Of a stretch of DNA of 64,000 bases, positions 50,288 through 62,939 are shown one piece after another. The first letter of the stretch is position 1. Each line of letters begins with the position of its first letter. Origin of the DNA: Perkinsus olseni (taxonomy: Eukaryota); contig JABANN010000040.1 in the NCBI GenBank assembly GCA_013115125.1, forward strand, positions 1-64,000, in the 5' to 3' direction. Both the position numbers and the translations under genes were made by a program. The notes under the pieces were generated by a model. It did not search any database. It was given only the letters and a program-made list of their open reading frames with translations, and was not told where the DNA came from.

Positions 50288-52799
50288 TTAGTCGGACGGG
50301 GAAAGTAGTGCCTCGAAAGCGGGTGTATCTCCCTTCTCCAAAGCCTGCTCCATTTGGACGATCTTTGAGCATCCCGAGATNNNNNNNNNNNNNNNNNNNN
50401 NNNNNNNNNNNNNNNNNNNNNNNNNNNNNNNNNNNNNNNNNNNNNNNNNNNNNNNNNNNNNNNNNNNNNNNNNNNNNNNGATGTTCAGAAAGGTCGGGCA
50501 TGTCAGCCGGGCAATCTTCATGAGGGAATCCTGGGAACTCATCGTCCCCGAGCCCAGGCATAGCCGAGTAGTCCACAGCATCGTTCTGATGATGATGATC
50601 AGGAGACGCTGAGGCGGTCCCGGAGAGTGCCTCGAAAGCGGGTGTATCTCCCTTCTCCAAAGCCTGCTCCATTTGGACGATCTTTGAGCATCCCGAGATC
50701 ATGATGTTCACGAGCTCAACCTCGGACTTGCCAATCCTATCACTATTGGAGATGTCCCAGATACCTCCGACGCTGGCGCTGTCTACTCCAGCACCACCAC
50801 GGGCTTGAAGGTGCAAGGATTTACAGATATCCTTGAAGTCAGGCCTAGCTGAGAGTAGCGGGACCTTTACCATAACAGATGCACGAAGGCCAGTGCCGAG
50901 GTTGCTTGGACATGTGAGGACGTAACCGAGATGATCATTATGCATGAAGTCGTAGCCCTCTTGCTTGACGACCTCCTGAACTTTGTTAACGGCATCACAG
51001 AATCGGGTGAAGACAGCTTTAATATCGGCACCCTTCTGCATGGATATAATCCTCATGTGGTCTTCTTCATTCACCCACACTAGGAAGTTCTTCTGATCGT
51101 TGGCGAATATACCTCGAGCATCCGGCCAGTGTCGGCCCATACCAGACGAGAGGAGAAGAGTAGAGTCAGGCTCTTGGAAGAGGAAGTGATCTTCACGCAT
51201 CTGATGCTCCTCTGCTGCAGTCATACCCCCAGGCTTCTCAGAATAGCTATTCGACCCAGCAAGCGGATAGTAGTCACCAGCGAGGTCTCCACCCAAGGAT
51301 TTCAATGCCTTAGTTAAAACTCTCTCGACCTCCCTTCTCTCTTCCTTGGTGCAGGACGGCGGTAGTCTGATTCCACGCACGCTCCGGCCTGTTCTCACTC
51401 TAGTAGAGATGACGTAGTTTTGGGAAGGATCAATTGGAGTGTCAAGGAGTTTAGTATAGTCTAAGTCTGTGGGGTGTTTGGCATCAGCAGGGTAACCACC
51501 ATGGCGCTGGTCGATGACGGGATCGAATAAGTCTTTGAATACCTCGTAGCTCTCCTCATCACCAGCGACCATACCGACTGTTTTAATCATCGGATGCCCC
51601 TTATTGTCCATACCAGTTTTGATGCACTTCGCGAGGCCAACTCCATTAGGCGTTTTCTTCTCCTTTAGGTTGTTATATATGTCGGGATTAGCCTTCAAGA
51701 CGTCGGCCATGACGCTGTGATGTTCAGAAAGGTCGGGCATGTCAGCCGGGCAATCTTCATGAGGGAATCCTGGGAACTCATCGTCCCCGAGCCCAGGCAT
51801 AGCCGAGTAGTCCACAGCATCGTGCTCCTTCTTTTGGACGTGAACCGCCGGTTCGCTCTTCGGCGCTTCTACAGCACCGTTCGGAGACGAGGTATCTGAG
51901 CAGTCACGATTTTGGACACGCCATACAGGCCGCATGCTCGACGACTGACGCGAGATTGACAGGGCGCTGGATCTCGCTGACTCACTTCTTTCCTGGATGT
52001 AACCGGCCATGAAGGTTAGAGGGTCTGCCGGTCGGTCTGTGAGCAGCTGTTGGACCATCCCTTGAAGCAGCTGTTGTACTTGAAAATCATCCAGGTACTT
52101 TTTGGCGTTCAACGCGGCTTGATGTCGAGTTTGCCGCTGAGATTTTCTGAAAAGGAGCGCGCCGATGCATCAGGACGATGGCAACTTCTTCTCATAACTC
52201 TGATTCCGGCCCCTAGCTACGAAGAGTAGATTTTCATAGGACCGCTCTCCCCTGAAGCTACGGCAGATCATTTCAGGAGGCAGGAAGCCCTTCGGCGTTA
52301 GTACGGATCTCTCAGACACGATACCTCAATAGTGTCTAAACTGCTGATGCTACTCAGAAGCGCAATGCGCGGGGGGGGTTGCCTTACTTCTGTTTGACTC
52401 GAGGGTCGGTGTGTTTGAAGTTAAGAGACAACACGATCTTCGGACCACCCGCTGGGTTCTCTAGGGCAACCGATTCTGTCTGTTCTCCTTGATCCTTGAA
52501 CCGTTGTAAAGGCACTTGCTGGCTGCCAACCTGAACGGAGTTAGATCGTTCAGCATGGCACTAAGACAAGAGCATCGAAGAGGTGCAATGGCCACCTGAG
52601 TAAACAGGTCGACTTTACAAGATTCCTGATTGTCCGAGGGAAAGCGTAGCGGTTCATTCAAGCGCAGGGGGGCCTGTCTTCTAGTCTCTCCAACTCTGAT
52701 TGACAAGTAGGCTTTCTCTGAAATAAGGCAATACCCAGCCGAACTGCCCCAGCCTAGCTCACCTGGGACGTTGGAAGCATCAGTCACTGTAATGTCCAT
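50288..52799 (-). CDS. Phosphagen kinase (creatine-kinase type) with N-terminal beta-rich and Dpy-30/RIIa-like domains; at least two tandem kinase domains, interrupted by an assembly gap
   Basis: [78 protein letters not shown]. Docking-like [35 protein letters not shown]-terminus [10 protein letters not shown] at 50288. Confidence 0.93.
50381..50479. other. Assembly gap (99 N)
   Basis: Run of N flanked by exact copies of the kinase-domain start and end. Confidence 1.
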
Positions 52800-53209
52800 G
52801 ACGACCACACAGTAGGGCTACTGGAGATAGAGGACAGGTTAGAGAGGAGGAGGCGTCCGAAAGAACTGAGATTAGGAGTTCGGATGAGACGGAAATTCAC
52901 TCACGAAGAGACTCCGTTCGAATCTTGCGCTGAATATGCGCTCGCCCTGATAATCGATAATACAGAGTAGAACGCAATGGGCAAGCAGTGACCCTGCAAG
53001 GGCACTGCATAGATCCAGCCACATGTAGTCATTGGGAGATGGGCTAGTCAAGTAGGCGAGGACAAGTTGATGATACTATGCAATGTTGGAGCAGGGGAAG
53101 CGTCGTGCAGGACATTTCTTCGTCGCGTTTGAGGCGACAAGTGTGGTATCCTTGGCCGTCGATATCCCTTATCACTCTAGGAAGGAAGTCGCAGAAGTTT
53201 TTTACTGTA

Positions 53210-56200
53210 ATGGCTAGTAGCGTCCCCGCAGTAAACGGATTCGGGGACTCGGCCTTCACCTTCGATCCAACAGCTATAACGGCAGGCGCGCCCCCTAAGG
53301 AAGGGACAACAACCACAGGGAGGGTGGCTCCGCAGTCACCATTCGATACCAACTTCGCTTTAACGCAGAAGAGTAGCGGCGGCGGTGCTGCCAGCGGAGC
53401 GGCCAATGTACTACTACTGATCGCGTCTAGTAGCTCTATGTGGAAGTAGTGAGCACTAGTCGAGTACTCGGTCCATTACCGACCCCACTGGCTCGCACAT
53501 ACTGGCGGACGCGAGAACCATGATTTCCCTGCTCTTCCTCATCGCAAGTTGTCTAGGTTTCTGGGTTCGGAATGCCGGACGGTGTCGTTTCCGCTGGTAA
53601 CAAAAACGCTGCTGCTGCTCCTGATGCCCCCGGCAGCGAGAGGGACTGTATCTACATCGACTTCGACATCCTGGGTGATGGCAAGACGGACCCCAATGAG
53701 TAGGCCTCTCCGCTGTACTTCCATCCTGGCAAACCCTCTTGCGTAGATTATTGAAGACGCTTGAGGAGCAGCTAGCGAGCCCCGAGGCCCCAATACGTAC
53801 CAAAAATCTTTCACATCGCGACCTGACTCCAGTCATCATCAGATAATGGCATGTTCGGAGTGTTCGCGGATAAGGCCAACATCGAGGACCTACCCGCTGA
53901 CTCGACCAAGGCAGTCGGGGATGTCTCGGGCAGTACAGCTGGTGACGGTACTAAGGGGGAAAGATGGGCTGTGAAGAGCTATTGGTCGTCTTCGTGGCAG
54001 ACAAGGCAGGAGGCGGCTCATCCGGGACGGACCAGTTGGCTGTCGAGCGTCATTTGGCGAATCTTGAGCTCAGTGATGCTAAAGCCGAGATCGAGCAGCT
54101 CAAGAAGCAGCTGTCAGACTCGGGTAAATCCCAAGGCTCCTTCTTTGCAAGCGTATCGGGCGAGGAGAGGTCCTTGTACTGAGTCCCTCACAGAAGCCTG
54201 GCAATAGCGTCCATTCATCCCCGCTTGTCGTCTCAGTCTCGGCCCACCAGTCGTCTCTAAGTCAGCTATCAGACGCCAGAAACCAGCTGGATGATTCTAT
54301 GAACCAAGTCGCGAAGCTCGAGGTCCGAGCCGGCCGCCTGACTGGGTCTCTGGACTGTTGTGATGACGCGTGTGTGCTCAGGGCGAAGTTAACAGTTTGA
54401 AGAGCCAAAATAAAACACTATCAACAGATTTGAGTAACGCTAAAGATATGTGGATGAAGGTGATACCGGGGTCGGGGACGATTCTCACGGTTTGAATTTT
54501 ATGCTACCATCCCGTTATTAACCGTATGATAGTAAATCTGGGCGTGGCTTGAAGTTGGACCGCTTTCTAGGCGGAGCGAAACCCGCTTTTTTAAGGGGTG
54601 TTGCTACTCCCGTAGCTAGGATAGCGGTCTGAATTCGGGTGGTGGTCAGGAGTCGAGTCGGGCCTCGAAACTCCAGGATGAGCTTAACACGAGGGACGAC
54701 CAGATTGCAGAGGACTCCCGCAGGATGACGGAACTGTCGGCAACCAATGAGGTAGTGGTGGTCGGGGCCATCTAAGATCCATCTCGCATGGTCAATTGCA
54801 GGCGTTGCAGCGCGAGAATGCCCAGTTGAAGAAGCTCTTTGAAGGCTCTGAAAATGAAGTGGCTGCCCGTGCGAGGGCGGCTGAGAACAGTTTCGGGCAG
54901 CTTAACGAGAGGTATCATTGGGTCTAGCATACCGCAGTGGTAGGGCCTTCTCTGGGCAGTTACTTTGGCGATTCCCGGGCGCCACCGACGACATCAAGGA
55001 CCCCAGCGGCTATGGCGTCGAGCTTGGAGGAGATGGTCGCCCCTCCTCAGAGTGATGCTTTCGTCAGACCCCCTACCACTGCAACCACTGCGTTCACTCC
55101 GACGCCAACAGCAGCTCGCTTAGGTCATATCCGAGAGATCAGCTCGTCTTCTACAGCCTACTGTTTTCTCAGGCACTGCGGCGTCCCCACCGAAGACTAC
55201 TACCTTTGGGTCGTCTACGCCTGGGACGTCCGGCGTTGTGAGCGGCGGGCCGCTCCTACCGCATAACGTGGGGTCCCCAGCCACAGTAGAACGCTTCCGA
55301 GCACTTATCGGGGCTCAGGAGGGTGTACTGTATGAAGATGATACACTGCAGGTGAGGCTTGTCACACCTAAGCTACTCGGCAGAGTCGATTGGCTCCCTT
55401 CAGATCGGCCTGCAATCTTCCTACACCTGCGGGATGGGTGAGGGTCAGGTTTCCCTATATTTTGGCAATAAGAGTAATAACGACACAGTGGTGCTCGTTC
55501 CCGACTATGTGTCGGACTCGTCAGGTTCCGGAGCGCTCGATGAGTTCGCGGTGGAGCTGATATCGGGCGATGATATTTCCCTGAAGGCCACTGAGGCAGT
55601 TCCTACAGCCATAAGGGCCAAGCAACAGGTACTAGCTAGAGGTGTCAATAAAATCTGCGAGCATTTAATTGTGTGCAGATACGGTTAGTGGTGAAGGTTG
55701 TTTGCACTAAGCCAACGCAGCAGATTCCAATGATGAGCGTATGATATCCTTTCCTCTGCCATTGCCTAGCTTCAACCTTAGATGCGCTTCCTGTTGTTCG
55801 ACAATACCCCTCGGACACTCTCCTTGCGGTTGCCCATTCTTTTGTCGAAGTTCATGGCCCCCGTGGACATACCAAACGCTGGTGATTTTTTCAGCATGTG
55901 GCGGCATCATGCGTAAGGACCTCCCTATTTAGGTAGTACCACACATCGCCCTACTCTGCTACTAGGTACCATCTGTCGGAGCAATCGGCTGTTGTGAGTA
56001 TAACTACTTCCTTCGACTGCCGTGACAGTCTCTTAGCGCTGGCCCGATCGGCTACCTTGGGAGGGGTACTACTGTGGCCACTGGTTGAGTGCGTTCACTT
56101 GCGTCTCGCGTAGGTCCTCAAGCTTCATTCGCAGCTTGACGCCAACCCCAACAACCTCGTTTTGTGCGGTAAATTCCCGGCAGACAGCCCGGAAGGGATA

Positions 56201-56511
56201 CAGTGCTTCACCCTCCCCAATGCAACGGTAGTATCTGCGGCATTCTAGTGCCCCCCTACTCAGTAGTTCCTCAGGTCCTCGTCCGAATTGAAGTCGGTAC
56301 TGGACCTCAGTATGCGGGAAAGGCTAGGGTTGCGGTAATAGTCTCCTATCGCTCACTAGCTGCCCATTGCAAGTCTTGCCAGGTACGGTCGTCCGAGCCG
56401 GTAGTGGCTCTAGCTGTGAGAGACGACCTCCTGCTTGCCTTCGCTGAGCTCCCAGTGGACGCAGAACCCAGTGACCCTAATTTCGACTCTGGCGCTGCAC
56501 AAGGCCGGTGA
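53210..56511 (+). CDS. Coiled-coil protein ending in an alpha-adaptin appendage (ear) domain
   Basis: Low-complexity N-terminus; heptads (ANLELSDAKAEIEQLKKQL; ALQRENAQLKKL); then FRALIGAQEGVLYEDDTLQ|IGLQSSY...VSLYFGNK...LRLPILLSKFMAPV...FFSMW...LDANPNNLV...VLVRIE...ARVA|VRS. Confidence 0.75.
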
Positions 56512-56735
56512 GGCAATTGTAGTGGCTTCTGATGGCCGGCGCCGCCCCTGCTCCTGAGATCCGTCTATTGCTTGCTTGGCCTGACTAGAATTGCTATTAC
56601 CGCCACTCACCTTTCCGATACATTCTCCGGTGCATCAGCTCAGCTTCTCCATACCATCTTTCCCCTTATTGTGTTCCCGAGTTGGCCAGCGACCGGTTGG
56701 AGTTCTCAAGGTGGTTTTGTGAAGTTTGTCCCGCT

Positions 56736-58119
56736 ATGCTGTTGACGGGATGCCTCCCACTCAGTAGGGGCCGACTCTCCCACGCCCACGCGATAGCTTC
56801 CAGGCGGCTATTAGCTTCCTCATGCGACGCGAAGCAGTTGTCCAAGGCGGTCACCGACAAGTTTTCGCGGCGACACACGTATCTTCGCCTCTCCCTAACG
56901 GATAAGTGCAACATGAGGTGTCAGTACTGTATGCCCCCTTCCCTGTATGGTGATGATAATGATGAAATAAAGTAGTGGGGGAAGAGGGGGGCATTCGTCG
57001 TCGGGTAGTGAAGTTAGCTCGGTGGAGTGGTACTGAAGCGCTACTTATAGTCAACTTAGTCCTGTCCGTACCGGGGCCTATCGCTTATCAGGCCTCCATC
57101 AGCCAACTACCTCACTGCAGATGAGATCGTCACATTAGCGTCAGAGTTTGTTAATGACCTAGGCATCAGCAAGATCCGCCTCACTGGCGGCGAGCCAACG
57201 GTAGTGCTGGGAGTCCCTTCCTTAGTTTCGTCACAGAGTATAACCACTGCAGCAGCAGCAGCAGCCGTTTATGCTATGCATGAAGGACTCAGTAAGTCCC
57301 TTTACTCGTCAGGTTCGCTCTGATTTCCCTCGAATCGTTGAAGGCATCGCCGGAAGCTGCGGCCAGCGCCTCGGCCAATTCGGCATCACCACCAACGGTG
57401 TGGTCCTCGAGCGGCATCTGCCTGTTATGAGAGCGGCTGGGCTCCTTCATGTGAACGTCTCTCTGGATACTCTGGTAGCGGCAAAGTTCCCGATGATATC
57501 CAACAGGCCCGAGGCCTACTGGAGGCGCACTCGGAAGCTGATCGACAGCCTGCGGAGAGACCCGGATTTCCGATTAAAGGTCAACTGTGTGGTCATGCGC
57601 GGGGTGAATGATGATGAGCTTTTGGACTTCGTCGAGCTTACCCGAGAGGAGAATCTTAACGTGCGGTTTATCGAGTACATGCCCTTTTCTGGCAACAACT
57701 GGGGCTCCGGCAAGCTCATGCTGAGCAAGCTAGAAATACTCAACCAAATTCGTGATGCTGTAGGGGCTGATAACCTGGCTGTGGTGGAGCAGAGAGACCC
57801 GCACTCGACAGTCGGGAGAAAGTACCGAGTGAAAGGCTACAAAAGCACCTTTGGTGTCATCAGCTCAATGACAGATCAGTTCTGCGACGGCTGCAACCGC
57901 ATCAGGGTGTCGGCAGACGGCCTTCTTTACAACTGTCTATTCGCTTCGGCAGACTCTGGCGTATCACTCCGAGACGCCATCAGGGAAGGGAGACCTCTCC
58001 GACCTCTTCTTGAGGATTCTCTGGGCCGCAAGCTCTGGGCTTTGGGTGGGCGGGCAGACATGTACGAGCTGGGCGAGAGGGCGGATGAGCTCCGTAATAT
58101 GATGAAGATTGGTGGCTAG
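56736..58119 (+). CDS. MOCS1A: GTP 3',8-cyclase (molybdenum cofactor biosynthesis, radical SAM) with probable targeting peptide
   Basis: [74 protein letters not shown]-terminal MMKIGG*. Confidence 0.96.
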
Positions 58120-58403
58120 ACCGAGGTGTATCTTCTCCGACTGACACCGCACTACCCACTCTGCCGTTGCAGGCTGCCGTATATTTTTTAACATTTTACT
58201 GCTAGGAGTTGTCCTGAATCATCATCATCATTTGGCCCTTATCCATCGCCAAGCTCTCCAGTGTAGTGAATTCACAGGGACCGTCCAGTCGCGTGGACGA
58301 GCGGTGGGCTTCGAAACGTTTGCAGTATCCGTCGGGGCGCCTGAGTGGTGCGCCCCTCGGGTGGAACGGACCGAGCGGAGCTCTGGTCACTGAAGTTGGA
58401 AAT

Positions 58404-60755
58404 AATGTTAACTGTCGTCGGTGGAGGGCCGAACATCGAGGACATAGAGATCGAGGACCCAGTAGTCCTGAGTGTTGACGACGATCCGGTGAATCAGATG
58501 GTCATGCGTAATCCAAGGCAACACTCACCTTCCAAGTCTATCGCCACTTGTAGCGCCTCAGACTCCCTCCTCACAGCTGCAGGGTATCGCGTAGATCAGG
58601 CCATGGACGGCTTCGAGTGCCTTGAGTAACGCCAGCGGAGGAAGCAATCGCTTTGGGTCGGTGGTGGCAGATACTTAGCCAACAACGAGCTGCCCAACCT
58701 CATCCTTCTAGATGCCGTGATGCCGGGGATGAGCGGGTAAGGAGGCGGGGGCCGCCCATGAGTATCTTGAGGTCACCCGCGTTAGATACGATGTAGCTCG
58801 GAAGCTGCGTGAAGACTACCCTCCACAGCTGCCGATCATGATGATCAGCGCAAAGTCTAGCACTGGGGACGTGGTCAAAGGCCTTGGCTTCACGTAAAAG
58901 GCGAGTGCAAAGGGACGCACCGCAGCCCTTACGTGTACAGATGCAACGACTACCTTACTAAGCCGTTCGTGAAGGAGGAGGTCCTGGCTCGGATCGAGAC
59001 ACAAGTGAATCACCGGGTCCGCGTCTCTATCGGGCACAGGCTGACCATGGGCAATAGTGTACTCCTAATCTGTAGCATACAGACTGAGCCTCTCGTGGAC
59101 GAGATTTTTCAATTCGAAGAATACTAACATCGTCGGCATTGCAATGGTTGGTAGACAGGTGAAGTTGAACGCCTTCATCGATCGTGCCCAAAAAACAGCA
59201 CATGATACGGCCATGTTGAAGTTCCTCTTGGGTGATGCTCTCATGCACAGGTGAGAGTATCTTATCTTGCTCCTGACAGCACACCCTCCCTGTAGATATT
59301 TGGAAGCTTTTGATAAGGCCGGAGTGCTCAATGCGCATCAAGTTGGCTTGAAGACCTCGACCGACCTGTAGGCCGTGCCTCGATCGCCTTGTGAAGGACT
59401 GCTACGGACCGCTCAGGAGTTGCCAAGGCCATGGAGGCGCGACCATTGTGATGATGAAGCCAGCCGAATCAATAACCAGTGTAGAAGAGTTCAAGAGCTT
59501 TTCCAAATCCTGCGTAAAGGGGATGGCGATGTGCAGATGGAGTGGTATTAACATACAGATTCTCTTCGAAAAGATGGTGCAAAGCCTCCGTGAGGGAGGT
59601 GCTCAGCTCATCCACGACAACCAGCATCTGTGCACCGTCCTCTCGGGTCGCTCCAACCATGCCGCTGGTGGGTCTATCACGGACATGCACGCCGAAGTGG
59701 ACAGACTGGCAGGAAGCCTTCAGATGCACTTCTCTTCACGACTACCTATCTTGATGCACTGGAGACGATTCCTGATACCTCTCGCCCTGGCGTCAAGCTG
59801 GTCGTGCACACTACGGCGGAGTCAGCTGAGCCTCTGCTTACCGGTGTAGTCGGGGAGTGGATGCCGAGGTAAGGCGGCGCCACAAGTGGTATGCAGTACT
59901 TCCTCCTCCCCAGACGCTTCCTCCTCGGGAACGCTAGGCGGCTAGCTCAATATATCTTGGACGAGGTGCCTTTGGTAGCCTCGCATGACCGCGACTGTGC
60001 CCTGATCACCGACACCTGCGTGAAGGGCGTAGGAGGACAAGTAGACTGCTATGATAATTAGGTTTGACACTCACCCTTGTTGACTCCCTGCTCCAGCTCC
60101 CCGCCTCGTGGACGCTGACAGAGTACGTGGAGATTTCGAAAGTCGTCGCTGTTAATGGGGAGGGAGTTGAAGAGCTTGGCGAGCCTGTAGCGATACGTCC
60201 GTTGCAGCGGACACGATCGCTCACCCGTCGAGGTACTCGTTTGCGCCCTTGGTAGTCCGACTACCACAGATCGAATGCTCTCGGGTGGGTTTGTGCTGAT
60301 AACTGAGCCGGGCGTTGAGCTTCTTCTTCCAGGCGGCAAGTCATACGCCGAGGAGAAGCATGTAGGGGGCGATGCTGAGCAGGCATCGCTGCGCGCCCAA
60401 GTTAGTGACAATAGTCAACGCAAATCTTTACGAAGTTTAGCGTCAGTTGAAAACGCTCGAGAGTATCCAAGACGACATTATGGCCGAGGCCGAGAGCCTC
60501 GTCGGTGCCTCAGCGGCACCGCTGGAGGAAGCCCCTCATCCAGAAACCTGGTCCACTGAGGAGGGCAGCCGAGGGTTGCAGCGGTGGCTACTGCTACTGA
60601 CGGACGTTCGCTGGTGTCCAAACCCGTACCCGCCAGGTTGCTCGAAGAGCGTCGTACGCGGCAGAGTGGATCTCAGTCACAGGAAGAGGCGGCGGCCTGT
60701 GGCGGAGAAAAATTTCCTGAGTCAAGAAACTTGCTTGAGGTATGAGGGCCCCTGA
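58404..60755 (+). CDS. Response-regulator receiver domain fused to a degenerate class III nucleotidyl cyclase
   Basis: REC: VLSVDDDPVNQ...LILLDAVMPGMSG|YDV...PIMMISAK...CNDYLTKPF. Cyclase-like: ATIVMMK, ILFEKM, CTVLSG, VKLVVHT...LTGVVGEWMPR..LLGNARRLAQ. 3' end uncertain and may extend to ~61570. Confidence 0.75.
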
Positions 60756-62188
60756 CCGGGGATCGGCCCCAGCTGCACCGCTCGCTTTACTTCGATGGCG
60801 CCAAGAACTGAGCACATCGGTGGGAGTGTATCTGTCGGTCGGCATCTCACACACACTGAGTCCGTACAGGCCTTCACCGGGCGGAAGAAGCACTCCTTGC
60901 ACGACGCCGTCGTCTTTCTCGAATGCATACTGGCGAGCGCGACTGGTGAGTTGGAAGATACCGACTGGAGGGTTTGCAGTTGCCCATCCAGGACCCCATC
61001 AACTACGGGAGGTTGTGGACGTAGTCCTCAGAGAAGTACGTGCCGCAGTGAGACTGTCGCTGTACGACACCCCGGCAGACACCCTCCGTCATTTCTCGAC
61101 TGGAGAGTCTTGAGAAGGGGAAGGGCCTTGGGGGCGGTGAGGATACCTTCACGCCGGCTCAGTGTAAATTATTCTTCGATCGTTCACGTAGTCCGACAAG
61201 GCCAGCCGAGAACGGTGTCGGTTGGTAGGGGCGTCCGGTGGAAGCAGCCGCGACCCCGGGGACAGTAGCAGATCTGAGCGGCTTGACAGAGACTGCTGGG
61301 AGCGAAGGCAACTTGAAAAGGGAAGAGAGACCTCCCGGCTGTCGAGGTTCGCGTGGCTCATTCAAGTGGATTCTCTCGTTGCACGACTTGCAGGCGACGA
61401 GTCGAAGCTACTGGGGCGGCAGCTGAGGAAGAGCGAGAGGTAGAGGGGCCCCACGCAGCGGCTGGTCATCGATTCCCTCTGAGGGTGTTGTTTCGTTTCG
61501 TCAGGAGCACGGCAGCATACTTGATGATGATGGGCGAATGGAGTTCGAGGGTCCGAGCAGTTACCAAGTAGGGCACGTCCGGGGACGAGGCATCGGCCGC
61601 CGCGTACCGCAGGTCATGAGACTCGCGTCGCTGCGAAGAAGGAATGAGTTCTTGCGGCGTTCTTTGAAGGATGCTGTGGACGGGAGGGTAGACGGACAGA
61701 GAGATAATCGAGGTTGAACGGGGATTAGGAATCGTGGGAGGCCCTTGAGGGGAGGTTGGCAGAGGAGTCCCCATCAGCCGTGAGGGCACGGACGGCGACT
61801 ACCATCGTGGACACGTTAACACGCATCGAGGAAGTCGAGGCTGCTATTGAGCAGTGAGGCCCGTCACCATTCAGCATGGCGATGATGATCATGCAGGTTG
61901 CAGCACAGACAGAGACAGACCCAGTAGCAGTCGAGAGATGAGGGATACGCTCCGGGGTCATGCGACTGTAATGGTGAAGTTAGGGCGCCGTCTCTTCATT
62001 GACTCTCACTATTGTGTTCCTCAGTGGACTCAGGGTTGCCTGAGCGTTACTGGATATGAGCGGCACTGAGTTGTGTCTTGGGGAAGTTGATACTCCCATG
62101 CAACCTGCTTGAACATATCATCATTAATCTTCCACTGAACACAACAATAGAAGAATGTGGACATTAAGAAGGGACACATCAATCGAAC

Positions 62189-62665
62189 ATGTCGCATAGC
62201 CACCTAGCGCGGCTCGTCGCAAAATCTTCCCCGCCGCCAAAGCCACCTAGGAGCGAAAGATGGACTCACGTCATCGGAAAGACTCGACGGCCTACGTGCG
62301 GCTCTATCATTTATATAGTCGAGAGCAGGGCTCGGCAGAACTATCGCGGCGATCCGCGGTGCTGGGGGAAGGCTCGAGCTTCTACCATTTTGATAAAGGG
62401 GAGGGTTGGGCACACTGGCCTGCCCCGACCGGGATCTGAGGGGGCGGCTTCTTCAACCCGAGCTCGCCCACGCCGGACCACCTACCGCTCCACGCCGGCG
62501 CCCGTCTCTCTGTTGTACCCAAAGGCGTGGAAGTGGCAGCGGAAGGCGCCTGTGAGGGGCCGGTGTCGGCCACCTCCGCTGGTGAATTGGGCTGCCGGCA
62601 TCAATGCAGTACAGAAAGCGTTTCTTGAGAAGGGCGATTCGATAACGCCAACTCAGGCACGATGA
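62189..62665 (+). CDS. Hypothetical basic protein
   Basis: 158-aa ORF starting at ATG after an AT-rich intergenic region; no family recognised. Confidence 0.3.
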   Translation: MSHSHLARLVAKSSPPPKPPRSERWTHVIGKTRRPTCGSIIYIVESRARQNYRGDPRCWGKARASTILIKGRVGHTGLPRPGSEGAASSTRARPRRTTYRSTPAPVSLLYPKAWKWQRKAPVRGRCRPPPLVNWAAGINAVQKAFLEKGDSITPTQAR

Positions 62666-62939
62666 GCAATTGCGTCCGGACCTCTTAGAGGCAGCAGTCG
62701 AATCGCTGCGGAGATTTTGTCATGAGCACGGGTCAACCCAAGATACCATTAACAACGGAATGACCGGCCATCTCGCAGTGAAATTGAAATGTTAACAGGG
62801 AATAGGAGACGCTAACTTGGTGTTGTTGGTGTTATTGAGATAAATAGAACAGAGCACTGATAATGGTTCAGCAATTGTCGAGTCAACTATTGCTGCCTTC
62901 GCCTGAGTAACCTCCTCCCATCGCTCAAGTCGCGGAACA

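Noticed and set aside
50139-50380. C-terminal tail of the 657-aa ORF ([12 protein letters not shown]...)
   Set aside because: Frame artefact of the arbitrary gap length; the true frame is [30 protein letters not shown].
21975-52799. Cluster of flagellum-associated genes (PIH1, SPATA17-like, anchored kinase)
   Set aside because: Interspersed with unrelated genes; no evidence of enrichment over chance.
58500-58562. Possible non-canonical GC donor in the receiver gene
   Set aside because: A canonical GT-AG solution (ATGC|GTAATC...CAG|AC) gives the in-frame NQMVMHSLL.
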